A DNA stretch of 63,020 nucleotides, counting the filler, from Squatina squatina (Eukaryota), in assembly GCA_031763465.1 (NCBI GenBank). It is 4 parts of 3 records of this genome, joined end to end, with 100 filler letters (N's around TTAATTAATTAA, not from the genome) between each part and the next. Parts side by side here need not be neighbours in the genome. Positions count along the whole stretch, not along the records: positions 37,541 to 50,530 come from JARFOE010000176.1; positions 50,631 to 63,020 come from JARFOE010000019.1; 2 more parts are not named here. One strand, written 5' to 3'. Under the pieces are notes generated by a model. It did not search any database, was not told where the DNA came from, and was given only the letters and a program-made list of their open reading frames with translations. Made by a program: the position numbers and the translations under genes. Positions 50,291-63,020 of this stretch are shown piece by piece. Position 1 is the first letter of the stretch. Every line of letters starts with the position of its first letter.

Positions 50291-50530
50291 GTCACTCTAT
50301 TCAATCATCGCGCTGTCCTGTAGAATAAGCATTGGCTCTTGTCAATAAATAGGAAGTGCCTGGCTCAGAACAACACTAACCGAGGCCTGGGAGCAAGTTG
50401 CCTAGGAAATGAGAAAACTGAAGACATCAGGGAATGGAGAAAAATAAGTGCTTGAGCTCTTAAAATTACAAGAAAAACTACTTGCATTCTGTGTTGTGTG
50501 TTGTCTTCTGACATTAAGATATTAAGCACT

Positions 50531-50630
50531 NNNNNNNNNNNNNNNNNNNNNNNNNNNNNNNNNNNNNNNNNNNNTTAATTAATTAANNNNNNNNNNNNNN
50601 NNNNNNNNNNNNNNNNNNNNNNNNNNNNNN
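50531..50630. other. Artificial scaffold-concatenation linker
   Basis: 44 N + TTAATTAATTAA + 44 N. Confidence 0.95.
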
Positions 50631-53600
50631 ACAAATTAGAAAAGATTTTGCACACTAAAAATGGTGTCCTTTTTAAAAAAAAACTCACTGAATTTTCTAC
50701 CACACAACCTTTTGCAAACTTGGTGATTTTATTTTTGTGTATTTATGGACTAAACAAAGTCTAATATTTATTTTTTGGCGACAAATATTTATGTGGAAGT
50801 GTAATGTCATTGTTATCATGGTGGTTTTGAGATCTCCCCCTCCCCATCCTAAAAATAACATTTGTAAATCATAAAAGGAAACAGCTCCAATAAAGATGAT
50901 TGTTTTGCGGTACGGGGTGAAAATGTCCATTCTGTAATTGGCCATTGGTAATGCTTTGGTCAAGTTAGCACGAGGGACCTTTGGGCCAAAGATGACAAAC
51001 ATCAATTTAAACAAAGTTTGGACTTCACGTTCGAAAGTACAAAAGCAAAACATTGCTTAAAACAATTAAACATTTAGATTTATTAACAAAAGGGAAAAAG
51101 AGAACGGAAATCCACCCTGGCCAAAACGTAGCGAATTAACAAAATAAATTGAGTTTAACACAAATATTTTTTTAAATCTTCCACAAAAAGCAGACTGGGT
51201 GGCAGTGAATTAGAACAATGTCCTTTCACCTTAGGGATCTGTGTATCCAGATTACCGGATTTAGACCCTCTTCCATTAAACAACTGCTAGGATCTCAAAC
51301 AGTAGGGGTAATGTAGGGCACGGTATAAATCGGGNNNNNNNNNNNNNNNNNNNNNNNNNNNNNNNNNNNNNNNNNNNNNNNNNNNNNNNNNNNNNNNNNN
51401 NNNNNNNNNNNNNNNNNNNNNNNNNNNNNNNNNNTCTACATACAATATCAAGGATCTTGTTTGCCTTTTATTATGCCTTATTTACCAACACGGTCACTTT
51501 TAGTGGCCTGGATGCCTCACCAGAGCTGAGCTGCAATATTTAAAAAGGCAAATTCTCATGAAAAAGAGTTTTTTTTTAGAAGGATAACTGTCAAATAAAA
51601 ATGATGCATTTGTACAGGGAAACTTCTAAGGAAGTGAGGGCACATGCTAAATTAGATGCACAAATCCTTAATTTTCCCTCTGTGCAAGGCATAAGTTCAA
51701 AACCGCATGCACTTTTTTAATTTTGAATACTGCTGGGCATATCAACCATTTTAGTCTGCACATGGGATAAATCAATTGTTGGCTGTGCACAAACATATAA
51801 ACATCTATTCCTCTCTTGATCCATTTGTTGGAAGTTTTTTTTAAGCAAGTCATATTCCCCACAGTCATTCCATAGGGCACCTCATTGCAAGAACAAGTTT
51901 CCTGATGGCGATATACTGAAGTACACATGAAACAGTATTGGTGGTGGGAACATGTACTCCTGTCCCTGTACAAATAACACTTGCATACAAATATTTAGAT
52001 TAAAGTTGAGCCATATGACAGGATATTCTAGGTCTATTGGTACTGCTAAGTTTGCTATGATGTAAAATTCCTCAAAAGAAGGCCCCTGTTGTTCAGTATA
52101 ATGTACTCGATGTCTTTCACTGATTTTAGGTTTATTATACCCGGCTGTGTCAATTAATTCAGTCCCATATTCTATTTTACTTTGTCAAATGTGGAAATTA
52201 ACCTTCATAATATTAATGGTTTCATGATTGCAGTCATAACCTCACACTGCAAACAATAATCAATGTGCTGGAGTAGTTCAATGGTTTCCTCCAGGACATG
52301 AGTAAAACAATTTTCAATGTAAATGTACCTTTAAAGTCAGTCAAAGTTCAGGCATCCAAGAAAATCTCATGTCAGTAAATACAATGATCACGGTTTTTCT
52401 GCAATAAATGTTAATATTTTTAAGCCATGTAATTTGAGTTGCAGTATAAAGNNNNNNNNNNNNNNNNNNNNNNNNNNNNNNNNNNNNNNNNNNNNNNNNN
52501 NNNNNNNNNNNNNNNNNNNNNNNNNNNNNNNNNNNNNNNNNNNNNNNNNNNTTATTATGACAGCATTTAAAGTGCGAACTTTGGTTGAACCCACTAAACC
52601 AAAAATATTCAGCATGGTTGTAACCAAGGACAGAATTCTGGGGATAATCTGTCAGGTGACGGCGAGAATAACAGTGTCCCTTCCACAGGAGATGCTCTGG
52701 TTTCACGGGGCACACTATCTATAGCCTGAAAAAGATATGAGGCGTCATTCTATAATTGACGAACGGGTTAGGAAGCTCCGGGCTCAGATTAGACTATCAG
52801 GAATGTGATGTGGTCAGCTTTTTCTTCCAGTACTATAGCAGGAGGCCATTTTAAGAATTCTGAAGCCAAAATTAAAATACTTATTACTAATCCAGTTAGA
52901 AATGTGTTCAATTTACTTAAATTATTTACCCAACATTGAAATGACACAAGCTGGAAAATATTGATTATTTGATGATCGCACATTTGTCTCCGTCTGATAT
53001 TATATAAATTGTTGCTCTCGCAATATACAAAGCAATGCTGTCTTGAAGGTTGAATTCCTTAAAAGGAGTTTGAATATTTTCTATCCTAAATGATTGCTTG
53101 CCTCAATGTTATTTGTTTTGGCATTTATTAAACAAAAGCTACTAGAGAAATATCCTTTTTAAACTTGAAATAAGCAAACAGGTCACTTGAATTCAACCAC
53201 CATTTTGTGAGGTTACCACGAGCAGAGTAATCCTGCTGAATTCTACTTTTCGCAGAAGTCCTGCCTTTTGCCAACATACGAAATGGTGGAAAAACACTCA
53301 GATGGAAACATGGTTTTGTTTGGTATGCAATAAATATTCAATTCAGCACCAGAACACGATATACTAGCGTTTCCATACAAGTATAATGAAGTAGACAGGA
53401 GAAGGAACTGTAATGAATTTGCCGTTTCTATATTTTCCATGTTACATACTGTATCACCTCATGCCATCAATAAGTCACTTCCTGTGTGAACTGACTTTGA
53501 TCAAAGCTTCACTGCAGAATATTGCACAGCTTCTGCAGATGTCAAACAGCACATTTCTATCTGAATAACAGAAGAGTTGATCTTTTCTGAAGAGATGAGT

Positions 53601-54233
53601 CCTTCTGTCCTGATGTCAAGGTCCTGTACATGTTCTTTCTGTTGTGTACAGATGTAGAAAGGAAAGCGGTGTCTGAGCAAAGTACTTTTTAGTGCAACAG
53701 GGTGATTAATAGCAATAAAAATTTCTCCATCTGTTTGCACTTTTCCCAGGTGAGCTGAGCTCCTGGAATTCCTTTCCTTTTCCTTTAATTCATTAATCAC
53801 TGAAATTTTCATACAACTGCCCGCTCGAGTAAAAACCCCGAGTACCATTTGTTTTGCATCAAGCACTGTGGCATTGCTTCATATTACATCCATAGCCTGT
53901 TAAAATCTTTTGTTCAGTCAGTCACGGTTCTTAGTTTATAACAATAAAGCTTGCGTGCAGCTCTTGGACAGAACTCAACTCTTGTCTCTTATTTCAGTTT
54001 CTGAATGTATCTGCGTTACCACATAGCTTNNNNNNNNNNCCTACTGTGGGTTTCGTTGCCTTTTTGCATTGGCTGGTGTGCCATATCACGACATTTACCA
54101 TTTGCTATTTACATTCGCCATTTACCCAGGGTTTCTGCGGCTCTTCCACCAAAATTACAATGGGAGAACTTTCATGGAAAATCAAACCTATAATTAGTTT
54201 AGACAAGGATTGATGCAAATAAATAAACATTTT

Positions 54234-54600
54234 GGGGGCCCAACTGGAGGTTCAAAACTGCGCGAATCGGGCGCCAAATGGGCTTTGGAGGCCTAACAGC
54301 CGCTGGTGGCGTCTGCAACATAAATTGCAGAATTCTGGAGAGGCTGACACCGGCGTCAAAACGGCGTCGGAGGCCAGGCACCGGTGGCGGGTGTTGTACC
54401 AGCAGCAGGCATCTATGACGTCATCAGCCTGCGCGCCACCGATTCTGCACCAAACTTCCTGCATTGGATTGCGGCAGCATCACAGAAAGAGGGCGCTGCC
54501 CACGCCCGTTTTTTTCAGTGCCAAACACCTCCATCTTGTCCAGAATGGCGCTATTTAAAGGGGTCTGTCTGGCAGCCATTTTAAATGGGCAATTCTGGCT
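54234..54600. mobile_element. GC-rich Harbinger-like MITE fragment
   Basis: CpG-rich island starting GGGGCCC in an AT-rich background, with TTTAAAGGG and GCAGCCATTTT blocks like the other MITEs. A similar island at about 58620-58917 ends CAATTTCGGTCCCC. Confidence 0.45.
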
Positions 54601-57600
54601 ACTGCTGCTGTGCTGGTGGAATATAACTCTCAGGAGTCTCAGTAGAGCATCGGGATTAGTGGGACATAGAATTCGGACTTTTCTTTACCATTCTTGAGTC
54701 CTTGTGTTAGTTTGCAGTAAATTATGGGTGCAGCCTGCTCCGCCATTCAATGACATCATGGCTGATCTTCCAACTTCAGTACCCTGTCCCTGCTTTCTTC
54801 CCGTATCCTTTGATCCCTTTAGCCTTAAGATCTATATCNNNNNNNNNNNNNNNNNNNNNNNNNNNNNNNNNNNNNNNNNNNNNNNNNNNNNNNNNNNNNN
54901 NNNNNNNNNNNNNNNNNNNNNNNNNNNNNNNNNNNNNNTTTATGGGTAGATTATATTGTACAAGACGTAAAAGAGTTAACTCTTGACTTAAATTAGCAGA
55001 GAAAGTGTTTGCATTGAACATTTGAATGCTAATATTCGCAGAGCATATTTTCAAGGCTAATAATTTCAACAAGGATGACAAGCATAAGAATGAAGCTCAA
55101 ACTCTTACAACATTTTATTTAGTTCCTGTGAAGGGGTTATTTTATTTCAAGTTCTTTTATTGCCAGAAGCAGGTGACATGACACCCATCTATAGCCAGTG
55201 CATTCCCTGATGTATGATGATATCCACACTAAAGGATTAAAGATTGTGACTTAACTACTATTAGCAACAGATGATTATCAGGAAACACCACAGTGTGTAT
55301 TACAAATAGGTAATTTACAATTGACCGATTATGCAACTAAAATTGCCTTTAAGTTATCTTAAATTTGATATCAGAAATGATCAGTGGAATTGTGTTAAAT
55401 TCCTTCACTGGGCATCAAGTGTGTGGAGAACATTTGCACTGTTCAATTTGAGCACAGACTATTTTGAAAAGGCTGTAGCCTAGAAATTACAGTTTGAAAT
55501 AACATACAGATATTTAACATTAATATAAAATGTAAAATAAATCTATTAATGAAATAGTAGATAGAGGGAATTTATATTCATGTGTTGAGCATTTACATGC
55601 TAAAATTGTACAGCTGTTTCTGGACTTATGCTTCTTTGCTTTCCAATTAAAGTTACATTTTATTTCATTCAATTGTTAATTACTGCATTCACTAAAGCAC
55701 AAAAATTACACTTTTCTGTAGGATTACTTTTAAAGAAATGGCATCACACGAAGACATAGAGTTAAAGGAAAGGTTTTTTTTGTAAACCTCGAGTCAAGTC
55801 ATTTTAGTCATCATGCTTAAAACAGGGAACTTTCAAAATTGAGGTTGCACAAAACTTGCAAGACTGAATAAGACAAGGGCTGGTTGGTGCCAAGTGCTCT
55901 TGCACCTGTAACTGTAAATAATATTGAGGGCCTGTTCAGTATTGAAGTGCCAGCAAAGTCCTGGGAGTATTGGTCGACGCTTGGCAGCTTCTACAAGGTA
56001 ACCTCTATATTTTCTACATGAACTGTATCAAATGGGTCCCCCTAATATCAAGAATACCTTTATGTATAATTTCCTTGTCTGCATAGAGTGGCTTGAACAA
56101 TTCATTTGTATTCACATCAGGCCAGGTATCAGTATTTCTGAACAGCCAAGTGTACAGCAATAGATCATAAATGATACACAAACTAATATTAAAGAGCCAC
56201 TCTTCCACAAAAATCTGTTCAATAGGTTTCTAATGTCCTGTTTTAATGACCTGCTGCACACTAAGTTAATCTAACAAGGCTATAACAACAGCACAGAGGG
56301 AAAAGGTGCTATTAAGTTGATTTGTTTAGCACTGTCCACATTATGAAGCTCCAATATGCTGTGTCAAGGAACAGTACAACGTGGGTCTTCAGATGCAACT
56401 TGCCATATTGCAAGTGTTTTATTACAGGTTTACCATCATGGAGAAATGCCAAATGGAAGTCAAATCTTTTCCCTGATGGAGGGAAAAAAAGTACAGTACG
56501 CAGAGGGAAAATCATCTGACCCCTGTATTAGAGTGNNNNNNNNNNNNNNNNNNNNNNNNNNNNNNNNNNNNNNNNNNNNNNNNNNNNNNNNNNNNNNNNN
56601 NNNNNNNNNNNNNNNNNNNNNNNNNNNNNNNNNNNTTCCCCTCGTCCTTTGAATTAAACTTCCGTTGGTTAAAAACTGCATTGCAGAAGCAAACAAGAAT
56701 TAGGAACTGCATAAATTATTTTAAGAGATGTATTTACATTCTCCATGAAAAGGAGATTCAGAAGCTTACCATGTTTTTGCAAATGATGCTAAACTTCTAT
56801 AAGAGTATTAAAGGATTAACTATCAATAAATTATTGAATAAATACACATGTGCTATATCCATAAGGCTTTCTAAAGTTGATCAGTCCCAGCTGTGTATCT
56901 TACTCCCATCTTGTGATAAGCAGACACTGATCCTAACCAGTGCAAGCTTGAATTTAGTGATTCATTATCACTCATGACATGTAGAACTGACAAGCATTGA
57001 CTCATTTAAACAAGCTTACAGTTCACAAGTAAAGATTTCTCCTCAGTTCTTCCCTTCTGCACTGTGTTTTCTATATGCAATGCTCCAGGCCCTGATCAAG
57101 GGAATAGGCTGGCAACTTGCTTCATTGTGTCTGTCTACTGTGCTCTTATAGTCTACTTGCGGGTACTTCCTTACAGCAATGTAGTGGAGATGAGCAACCC
57201 AGTGGAGCACATTGAAGTCAATGGAAAAGGAAATCCGGTGGGGTATACAATGGGCAGCTGATCTGCTACCATCTGTTTAAGGCCCGGTAGTGAGAGTTGA
57301 AATCTACCCCATTGTGCCTGTGTATGTGGTACAGGTGTTGGAGTCCATGATTGACTTAGTCANNNNNNNNNNNNNNNNNNNNNNNNNNNNNNNNNNNNNN
57401 NNNNNNNNNNNNNNNNNNNNNNNNNNNNNNNNNNNNNNNNNNNNNNNNNNNNNNNNNNNNNNCTGACAGTAGCCAGCAACAACATTAGGCATTAAGTAAA
57501 TTTTCGTATCAACAACTGCACGGACAACAAAATGTCTCCAGCATCATCCTCGGAAATACCCTGGTCTATAAAGAGTTAATGATATATTTTTAATAGTTAG

Positions 57601-60515
57601 TCAAACCAGAGCAAAATACTGATGCTGTATCATTTGATAGGAAGAGGAAATGCTACGAATTTCCTGGGGCTAGTATCTGAGCCAAGTTTAAATGCCAACA
57701 CTAAAAATAACAGCTGAAATTAATGTGATAGCAGCTCCAGTTTATTTTTACCGTGGAAACTGCGTGAATGAAACCCGATAGGCTTCAGGAAACTTCGCTT
57801 CTCTTTAATGCCTTATTTTGTTCAGGATCGCATGAATTTAGTTGGATTATCATATGCACCACATGGAAGTATTGATTCACTGTCACATCTATTTTAGTTC
57901 AGTAGTAATGCCAAAATATTGAGACTCCTGTTGATAATCCCGTTTAGTCCATTTCAGAACTTGAAGTTGTTGTTGAATATTGGCAACACCTATGTCAGAT
58001 TTTTTTTTTCATTAATTAATTCTCGTAATCTGGGTGTCACTAGCAAGGCCAGCATTGCCCTGAGAATGTGGTGGTGGTCCTTCTTGAAACGCTGCAGTCC
58101 ATGTGGTGACGGTGCTCCCACAGTGCTGTTGGGTAGGGAGTGCCATGATTTTGAGCAAGTGGCGATGTAAGAACAATTACATATGTTCAAGTCAGAATGA
58201 TGATTCACTTGGATCGGATGGTATTCCCATGCACCTGTTGTCCTAGAAACATAGAAACATAGAAAATAGGTGCAGGAGTAGGCCATTAGGGCCTTCGAGC
58301 CTGCANNNNNNNNNNNNNNNNNNNNNNNNNNNNNNNNNNNNNNNNNNNNNNNNNNNNNNNNNNNNNNNNNNNNNNNNNNNNNNNNNNNNNNNNNNNNNNN
58401 NNNNNAAGCAGAAGATGGTCCACTGCAAGTACAGCATGGTGCTGCTTACATCAAAGTGCAAAGTTCCCTTAAAATGAAGTAGTGAACGGTTTTGAAAATT
58501 TAAATGTAAGTAAATTGCTTCTTACTCTGTTGCCACTACTGCATGTTCCACAGCCCTTACACGCACTCCTCCTCCTCATCGCTGCTCTGTTTGACACATA
58601 GTGAAAAAAATGGTGTAGAGTCAAGGGTTGCCTCTGCAGCGACAGGAAGGCGACCCCTGCGATATGACCTGGGAATTTTCTGCCGGGTCGCTCAGGGGGC
58701 GTTGCGCATGGTGATGATGTCACCATCACCTTGCGCCGCCAAGAATGGCATCGCGCTGGGCCGTGGCAGCATCTCTTGTGGACACCTCAGCAAAACGGGC
58801 CCCGAATGTGTCATGAGGCGGGACCCACGCTGACTATGGCAAAAAGCCTCTTTACGTTGAGGGAACGACTACGCCCGGCGAGATAGGGGCGCAAAAAGTC
58901 AGCCAATTTCGGTCCCCTGGTGTTATGTAGTGCCACGTGCAGATCACCACAATAATAGCAACACTTCTATTCATATCTAAATGTTGTTGATTTCAGTGGT
59001 TAGCTTTTGTTCAAAATGTGAATAATGACAAGTGAAGTATTCTACTAAAGGTTTAGAATGAGAGCTAGCACGGAATCATTAGCCTGGAGTGGATTCACAA
59101 TTTAGCCTCTATGGCAGTAAAGACTGAGTTACTGCCTTATTTAGGAAAATAGACTCGTTTGACATAAGTATCATGTGAGAAGATCAGATATTAAGATAAA
59201 AAGGCAGTAATTCTGTGGAAAAGCAGTCTGAACATTGTTAACCTGAATTCTCAATTTGATTAATAATGAGCTGGTATCATTTTGTTTCTGGTATATTTAC
59301 TGGCTGAGATTGATTTGCAGGAAAAGGACTTTACTGTCAGTTATGTGAAAAATATCTGCTCCAGGATGCAAAGGCATAATCAGATTGGTCTTAAAGCCCA
59401 TAACGAGTCAACAATGTTGAATACTACTAAGTAATGCTCTGATGTTTCAAGTCAAGCACTTCTCTTTGGCATTTTTCCATTTTCAACCCAGCACACCAAA
59501 ATTATTCTACATCCGAAACCAGTAGGGCATTAATAAGCACCTCTCTGATCTAAAGGAAGTTTTGGTGCTTGAACTATTCCCATGTTTTATCTCAAAGTCA
59601 GAGAACTGCCAAGTCATCTGTTGCTGACCTTCTTACAATCCTTCTGAAACAATGAAAATAAGAAAGCATTTTGAAGAAATACTTTCAACATTGTGCCAAG
59701 TCAAATTAAGGGTTGATGACCAACTATAGATATCAAGTTGGACTTAACACATCAGTATGATCCTTTGATGTTGTTAAGCAGATATTTGTGGTCATTAATA
59801 CAGGAAAACACAATCAATCTCTACATGACATAATTTCCTGATCCTAGCAATATGAAGTATTAATGTGGCATCTGATAAAAATATTAAAGTATTTGTACAA
59901 CTTAGAACATAACACTGAAATAGGTCAGCAGAAATCTGCCTAAACAGCAATGGTAAAGAGACATTGGCTTATTTTTCATTGGGACTTTTAATATAACCTG
60001 GCGCAATAGGAGGTACAAGTATCTCCTATAATTAACTTTGGGGATTGTTGAGAGCAGAATACTGGAAAATTTATGTTAGAGTGTCAACAAGCAAACCAAA
60101 ACCTTTCTATAACCGAATGCACACTCCAACAACTTTGCTCAAGCACATGATGCTGACGCTATGTTTGAACTGCTACATTCAAGGTACAGAGTTCCTGGAG
60201 AGTTTCCCCAAGTAGGAGAAATGCTTGTGAATTCTCATGTCTTGTATTTCATGTGAACATTTTGGAGTGAATTGAAATCCTCTTACAGGATTATATTACA
60301 ATTAGCCACATTACAATATTCTTTCCACTGCCAATCTGCACTTGAATGGATCACCTTATTTCATCTTACATTTTTCAAATAATTTTTATTCTAACATTCT
60401 AGATCATGGAGTTAANNNNNNNNNNNNNNNNNNNNNNNNNNNNNNNNNNNNNNNNNNNNNNNNNNNNNNNNNNNNNNNNNNNNNNNNNNNNNNNNNNNNN
60501 NNNNNNNNNNNNNNN

Positions 60516-60795
60516 GGTCCGGTCAGTATGCACGCCGCCAGCGGTCGGCCAACCACAGTGTCAGCCAACAATTAAAAATGGCAGCGGGTGGTGTTTCGGC
60601 CATCCCATTTAACGGGACTGTTGTGCCTGCAGGGGAATTTCACCCACGGGACACAAAGGCGGGACGGTAAGGGGTCAGCTTGCACTTTTATAACGTTGCG
60701 CGCTGATCCACCATGAAATTCCCCAGGCAAGGCACAAAGGCCTTTGCGTCTCGGGAACCCCCTCGGGGAATTTCCCAGGAGGCTCGATGGCCATT
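60516..60795. mobile_element. Harbinger-like MITE fragment, reverse orientation relative to the 3301 copy
   Basis: CAAAGGCCTTTGCG and GGGGAATTTCCCAGGAGG are reverse-complement matches to 3399-3440. Confidence 0.6.
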
Positions 60796-62088
60796 TCATT
60801 TTGTTTTCACTGCATTTGTTCTTTGTTCAAGTTCAAATAATTTCAAAATAAAGAAATGTGAATATCTAAATAAGATAAAAACAGTCTTAAACATTAGATA
60901 CAAATTTAAGTCACCTTCATTTTGATACATTAGTCTTTATACAGCTATTCAAATCTCCCACGAAAAGTGAGGAGAGGCTATTTTTAGTGGTTGTATCAGA
61001 GATCCTTTCCCTGCTGTAGCCACTCTGTGGCTCACAATTTGATATCAGAGATGTTTGTGTGAGCTTTACTGTTTCCTCTCACTGTCTTATTTTAATACAA
61101 CATTCTAAAGTGAGGGCACATTAAGGACAGAGTGCCGCTCATATCCGGGCACTGCTTTTGCCAGCAAGGATGGTATGTTGGGACGTATATTAATATTGAA
61201 TTTAAAAGCCCATTCTGCTGAACGTGTGAGAATTCCAAACTTTGTAGGCTGTACAGCCAAATGGAGATTTTGTATTCTATGTTCTATAAATCCAATCAAA
61301 ATCACCTGCAACATGACTGTATCCAATTCAGGATCAACTTGTCCTCGTATTAAAATACAGTCTCAGGATCAAGTAGTTGAATATGTTTACCATTTAAGAT
61401 TTTTTTTACAATAACAAAAAGTAGCGCATAGATTACTTACCATTGAAACTTTACAGTTTTCAACAAGTCATACCTCTGTTCAGGGTCCTTCATCCCAATT
61501 AACTCAAACTACTGTTCACATTAATTTGATTGTTCNNNNNNNNNNNNNNNNNNNNNNNNNNNNNNNNNNNNNNNNNNNNNNNNNNNNNNNNNNNNNNNNN
61601 NNNNNNNNNNNNNNNNNNNNNNNNNNNNNNNNNNNTGACCTGCTGAGTTTTTCCAGCAATTTTTGTTTGTATTGAATAGGCTGGGGATCTTTTCTCTAGA
61701 TTTGCTACAGCTCCCTCCTATATCTAGCTGTTGCCATCAATCTCATCAAATTTTGAGATGCTTGTGTGCATCAGTAAATTTTGTTTGATAACGCTCCTGT
61801 GAACCGTTTTGAACATTTTACTACGTTAAAGGCGGTAAATTAATGCAGGTTGTTGCTGATGGAGGTTATGTGCAGCAAACCTCTCAAAATGGTGGAATTG
61901 ATTCCAATATACACAAAGACATTCGCAGGATAGCGGGGAGTGAGCTTAATTAGATAGCTCTTTCAAACAGCTAACACATCTGTGATGGGCTGAATGGCCT
62001 CTTTCTGTGCTGCAAGATTCTATGGCTAAGTGACTGACTTTTGTTTAGATTCACAGCTGGTGTACGATTCTGATCCACAACAGGCAGG

Positions 62089-62260
62089 ATGTCGGCCCGA
62101 AGTGGAAAAAAGAAGATGACCAAGTTGTCACGCTCAGCTAGAGCGGGGGTCATTTTTCCTGTTGGTAGGATGATGCGATACTTGCGGAAAGCAACTTTTA
62201 AATATCGTATTGGAATGGGAGCACCTGTTTACTTGGCAGCGGTCATAGAGTACCTAGCAG
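62089..62260 (+). CDS. MACROH2A2: Core histone macroH2A.2, first coding exon
   Basis: Acceptor ttttgtttag at 62047-62048, ATG at 62089, 172 coding nt, donor GTAAAA. It reads [57 protein letters not shown]. KKKMxKLSRSAR and TFKYRI match macroH2A2 rather than macroH2A1. Confidence 0.93.
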
Positions 62261-62465
62261 GTAAAATAAATAGTAAATATAATTTTAAAATGTGAAGAAC
62301 AATGTGTTAACATTTACAGTTTAAAAAAAAACTCTTTGAAAGGAAAGAAAGTTACAGAAATGGATCCCTTAATCTTGGAAACCGTTTTATTTTGAATCTT
62401 CAGATAAAAATTTCAAGTATAACTTGCTCTAAACCTATTAACTCTCAAATGTATTTTTGTTGCAG

Positions 62466-62572
62466 CTGAAATCCTGGAACTGGCTGGAAATGCAGCAAGA
62501 GATAACAAGAAGAGTAGAATAACTCCAAGACACATTCTGCTGGCAGTGGCAAACGATGAAGAACTAAATCAA
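62466..62572 (+). CDS. MACROH2A2: Core histone macroH2A.2, second coding exon
   Basis: Acceptor tttttgttgcag, 107 nt, reading (A)[35 protein letters not shown], donor GTAAGG. Confidence 0.95.
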
Positions 62573-63020
62573 GTAAGGCTTGTAAATGATATTTGTGCTG
62601 ATTTAGTGAAATCTCCCTCAAATAATTCACATGGTTGATTTATGCAAATACTTTGAGGAATCTTTAATTTTCAGAAGGGAATTGGATATATGTTTGAAGG
62701 AAAAATCTGCAGCGCTCTAGGGAAAGAGCAGGGGTAGTGGGACTAAGTGGATAGCTTTTAAAGAGCCAGCACGGGCACGATGTACCAAATGGCCTCTTTC
62801 TGTGTTATAAGATTTAATGATTTTGAAAATGTGGGTGTGGGTAGAAATTGGACAGGAATGGAGGATAGCTGTGTGACTACATTAATCTGTGCTACTGAAT
62901 GCAAGTGCCACAGGATTATTCAGTTTTTTGTTTGCACAGTTGAGTTGCATTACCTCATGCTGTATGGAGAGATCAGCTGTGAGGCATTGCAACTCTTGAG
63001 AGTTGCTACAGGTCTTTCTG

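Noticed and set aside
53501-53866. 121-aa minus-strand ORF upstream of MACROH2A2
   Set aside because: It has no ATG start and no recognisable homology or splice structure.

Overview
Eukaryotic, vertebrate DNA, most likely from a cartilaginous fish (inferred from the CR1/RTE/L2/Penelope/DeuSINE/Harbinger repeat landscape and the gene sequences). The window is not one locus. Three artificial 100-nt linkers (44 N + TTAATTAATTAA + 44 N, at 16329-16428, 37441-37540 and 50531-50630) join four scaffolds, each broken by many 100-N gaps. Scaffold 1 (1-16328) holds the 3' end of PTGS2 (+), the last exon of phosducin PDC (+) and two exons of ODR4 (-). Scaffold 2 (16429-37440) holds CALB1 exon 2 (-), TMEM64 exons 2-3 (-) and two NECAB1 exons (+). 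Scaffold 3 (37541-50530) holds a Harbinger transposon relic and the short/super-short isoform region of a PDE4 gene (probably PDE4B). Scaffold 4 (50631-63020) holds the first two coding exons of macroH2A2 (+). Gene order within scaffolds 1 and 2 matches human. Most listed ORFs are spurious or run through N gaps. I found no convincing new multi-gene system. The most interesting signals are minimal hammerhead-ribozyme motifs in Penelope-like termini, an LF-SINE-like element, a U12-type intron donor in ODR4, a sense CR1 insertion in the TMEM64 3' UTR, and a COX-2 C-terminal cassette lacking the N-glycosylation sequon linked to degradation. All homology calls are from recalled sequences, not from database searches.
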